From the NCBI RefSeq assembly GCF_018350175.1, contig NC_058368.1:114144001-114208000 (forward strand): a DNA stretch of 64,000 nucleotides. The letters run 5' to 3'. The DNA comes from Felis catus. Its lineage: Eukaryota. The notes below the pieces were generated by a model. The model did no database searches. It saw only the letters and a list, made by a program, of their open reading frames with translations, and was not told where the DNA came from. Position numbers and translations under genes: made by a program. Position 1 is the stretch's first letter. Each line of letters starts with the position of its first letter. Shown here one piece after another: positions 61,558 to 64,000 of the stretch.

Positions 61558-62551
61558 TCATTGCAGAGAACCAGCAGAAGCCAAATACTTTAGTAAGACA
61601 CGCGATGCTAGACTCTGTCAGGTCTGGAAGTGTATATCAAGTGCTAGAGGATTGCAGTCAGTAATTTCATACATTTACTGTACTATGGCTTCAGTGAATT
61701 GAGAAGTAAAAGATCTTACCCACAGAAAAAAGCAGTTTTCTCACTTTATATTAATGACCCAATCCAATTCGGTTTAATCTCTAGGTAAAGCATCAAACCA
61801 TCCTAAGTATAATTACAAAAAAGTTTTCTTCCACTAAGGCAAAGAATAAGAAGGTACTTGAAAAAATGCATTCTTACACTGAGTGTTTTTTAACCATTTT
61901 TGCCCACTATATAGAAAATTCTCAAAGTAAACACGGTTTGGAATTTGTAATATAGCTACTGGCTTGTTAAGACCACCCAGTTACATACATGGAGAAACTT
62001 TTCTGAGTTCTGAGATAACATTCATTTCTGTCCATCATCTGAACTAGAATGTATTTTTCTTAAAGAGTTCCACTGAGTCAACTGTGCCCCAGTTAGATAA
62101 AAACACATGCCATACTGTATTCTAGGAGCCACACTATTGACTGGCACCCTGTTGCACACCCTGAAAATGCGAAGCCTGGAATGGCCCAACATGCAGCCTA
62201 AGTAGCCACAGTCTTAGTGTAAGGATCCACACTAGCTGTCACAGGACCCTTTACAAAAGGAAAAACCTTTTGTTTCACAAACACTGCCAAAAGGGTGAGG
62301 ATGTAGAATTAAAAAACACAACATAAATGCCACTCAACCAAGCCCCTCTAGAACAACTCTGAAATATTTTATCAGGTATTGTTCCCCTAGCTCTTTTTCT
62401 TGCCATTAATAGCAGGACTTCCAAGTAAAAAGGAATGTTTTCTACTTTTTTTTTTCAATGATAACATGCTTATGTGCACAATTTATTTCTATTCCTATAT
62501 ATTCCTTTAATTTACCATATAAGCCCTTAAGTTTAAGAAGAAGGAAGACTC

Positions 62552-62780
62552 GGGGCACCTGGGTGGCTCAGTCGGTTAAGCGTCTGACTTTGGCTTAGGT
62601 CATGATCTCATGGTTCGTGAGTTCGAGCCCCACATGGGTCTCTGTGTTGAGCTCAGAGCTTGGAGCCTGCTTCACATTCTGTGTCTCCCTCTCTCTCTGC
62701 CCCTCCCCTGCTAGTGCTCTGTCTGTGTCTCTCTCAAAAATAAATAAACATTGTAAAATAATTAAAAAAAAAAAAAAAAA
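62552..62780 (+). mobile_element. CAN-SINE
   Basis: TSD GAAGAAGGAAGACTC. Confidence 0.88.
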
Positions 62781-62819
62781 AGGAAGAAGGAAGACTCAAT
62801 TTTGTGATGTTCAACAAAC

Positions 62820-62921
62820 CTTCCATTCTGTTGATAAAATGCTTCTTCAAATTCCCGTAACGTTTTACGTAGCTTCTTCTTTTCAGCTCTAGCTTTCCAA
62901 AGTTGTTCCAGTAATTCAGGC
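62820..62921 (-). CDS. FAM13B: FAM13B penultimate coding exon ([34 protein letters not shown])
   Basis: TTTCAG| acceptor, AG|GTTTGT donor, 102 nt; in frame with the last exon. Confidence 0.95.
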
Positions 62922-63042
62922 CTGAAATTTAAATGGAAAGAAAACATTATTGAAAGAACATTTTGACTCTTACCAGGGGTTCAAACACTGGCTACAAACT
63001 AAAGGCACCTCTACAGCAGTATTTAAAAAAAACTTTTTCCTT

Positions 63043-63252
63043 GGGGCGCCTGGGTGGTGCAGTCGGTTAAGCGTCCGACTTCAGCCAGGTCACGATCTCG
63101 CGGTCCGTGAGTTCGAGCCCCGTGTCAGGCTCTGGGCTGATGGCTCGGAGCCTGGAGCCTGTTTCCGATTCTGTGTCTCCCTCTCTCTCTGCCCCTCCCC
63201 CGTTCGTGCTCTGTCTCTCTCTGTCCCAAAAATAAATAAACGTTGAAATAAA
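63043..63252 (+). mobile_element. Young felid CAN-SINE
   Basis: CpG-intact body; TSD AAAACTTTTTCC. Confidence 0.92.
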
Positions 63253-63284
63253 AACTTTTTCCCTAGGTAATCTTAAAGTGAAAC

Positions 63285-64000
63285 CAGCGCTACTGTGGAA
63301 AACAATATGGAGACTGCTCAAAAAATTAAAAACAGAAGTTACCATATGATCCAGTAATTCCACTCCTATTTACCAAAAGAAAACAAAAACCCTAATTTGA
63401 AAAGAGATAGGCACCCTTATGTTTACTGCACCATTATTTACAATAGCCAAGATATGGAAGCAATCCAAGTGTCCATCAGTAGAGTAATGGATAAAGAAGA
63501 TGTGGTGTACATAAACACATACACACACACACACAGGAATATTACTGGGCCATAAAAAAGGAGATCTTGCCATTTGCAACAACATGGATGAAACTAATGG
63601 GTATATAATGCTAAATGAATTAAGTCAGAGAGATAAAGACAAATACCCTAAGATTTTACTTATATGTGGAATCTAAAAAACAAAATGAACAAATAATAGA
63701 GGTCTCATTAATACAGAGAACAAACTGGGTGACTGTGAGGGAGGTAGACAGGTGAGGAGATAGATACAATAGGTGAACGGGATCTGAATGAGGCACAAAC
63801 TTCCAATTATAAAATAAGTAAGTCACAAAGATGGAAAGTACAGCCCAGGGAATGTAGTCAATAATACTACAATAACATTGTATGGTGACCACACTTGCTG
63901 TGGTGAGCACTGAGTAATATATAGAATTGTCAAATCAATATGGTGTACACCAACCTGAAACTAATAGAGCATGTTGGTTATACCTCAATTAAAAAAAAAA
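63285..64000 (+). mobile_element. L1 3' end
   Basis: L1 3' motifs (CCATATGATCCAGTAATTCCACTCC, GTACAC...CTGAAACTAAT) ending in poly-A at the window edge. Confidence 0.85.

Overview
Mammalian genomic DNA from a carnivore, most likely a felid (dense CAN-SINEs of the SINEC_Fc type). It is AT-rich and repeat-rich and carries the syntenic MYOT-PKD2L2-FAM13B cluster. (1) MYOT (myotilin), + strand, 9 coding exons from ATG 1791 to TAA 16251, 1500 nt, 499 aa. (2) PKD2L2 (TRPP5/polycystin-2-like 2), + strand, 14 coding exons from ATG 18316 to TAA 57672, 1878 nt, 625 aa, starting in a CpG-rich promoter about 1.6 kb after the MYOT poly(A) signal. (3) The last two coding exons and ~2.25 kb 3'UTR of FAM13B on the - strand. 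I assembled all exons by hand; every intron is GT-AG and phases are consistent, so both complete genes look intact. Most ORF-track entries are SINE/L1 or random ORFs. The most notable sequence-level observations are: an L1 3' transduction with an 18-bp TSD just upstream of PKD2L2 exon 13; a ~450-bp orphan retrocopy (15-bp TSD, AATAAA, A-tail) in PKD2L2 intron 9; a probable PKD2L2 terminal exon antisense to the last coding exon of FAM13B; an in-frame MYOT exon 9 to PKD2L2 exon 2 read-through possibility; a tailless U2 snRNA retrocopy; and several nested or inverted transposon structures. No wholly new biological system can be established from the sequence alone. Repeat boundaries are approximate and family names come from recall, not from a search.
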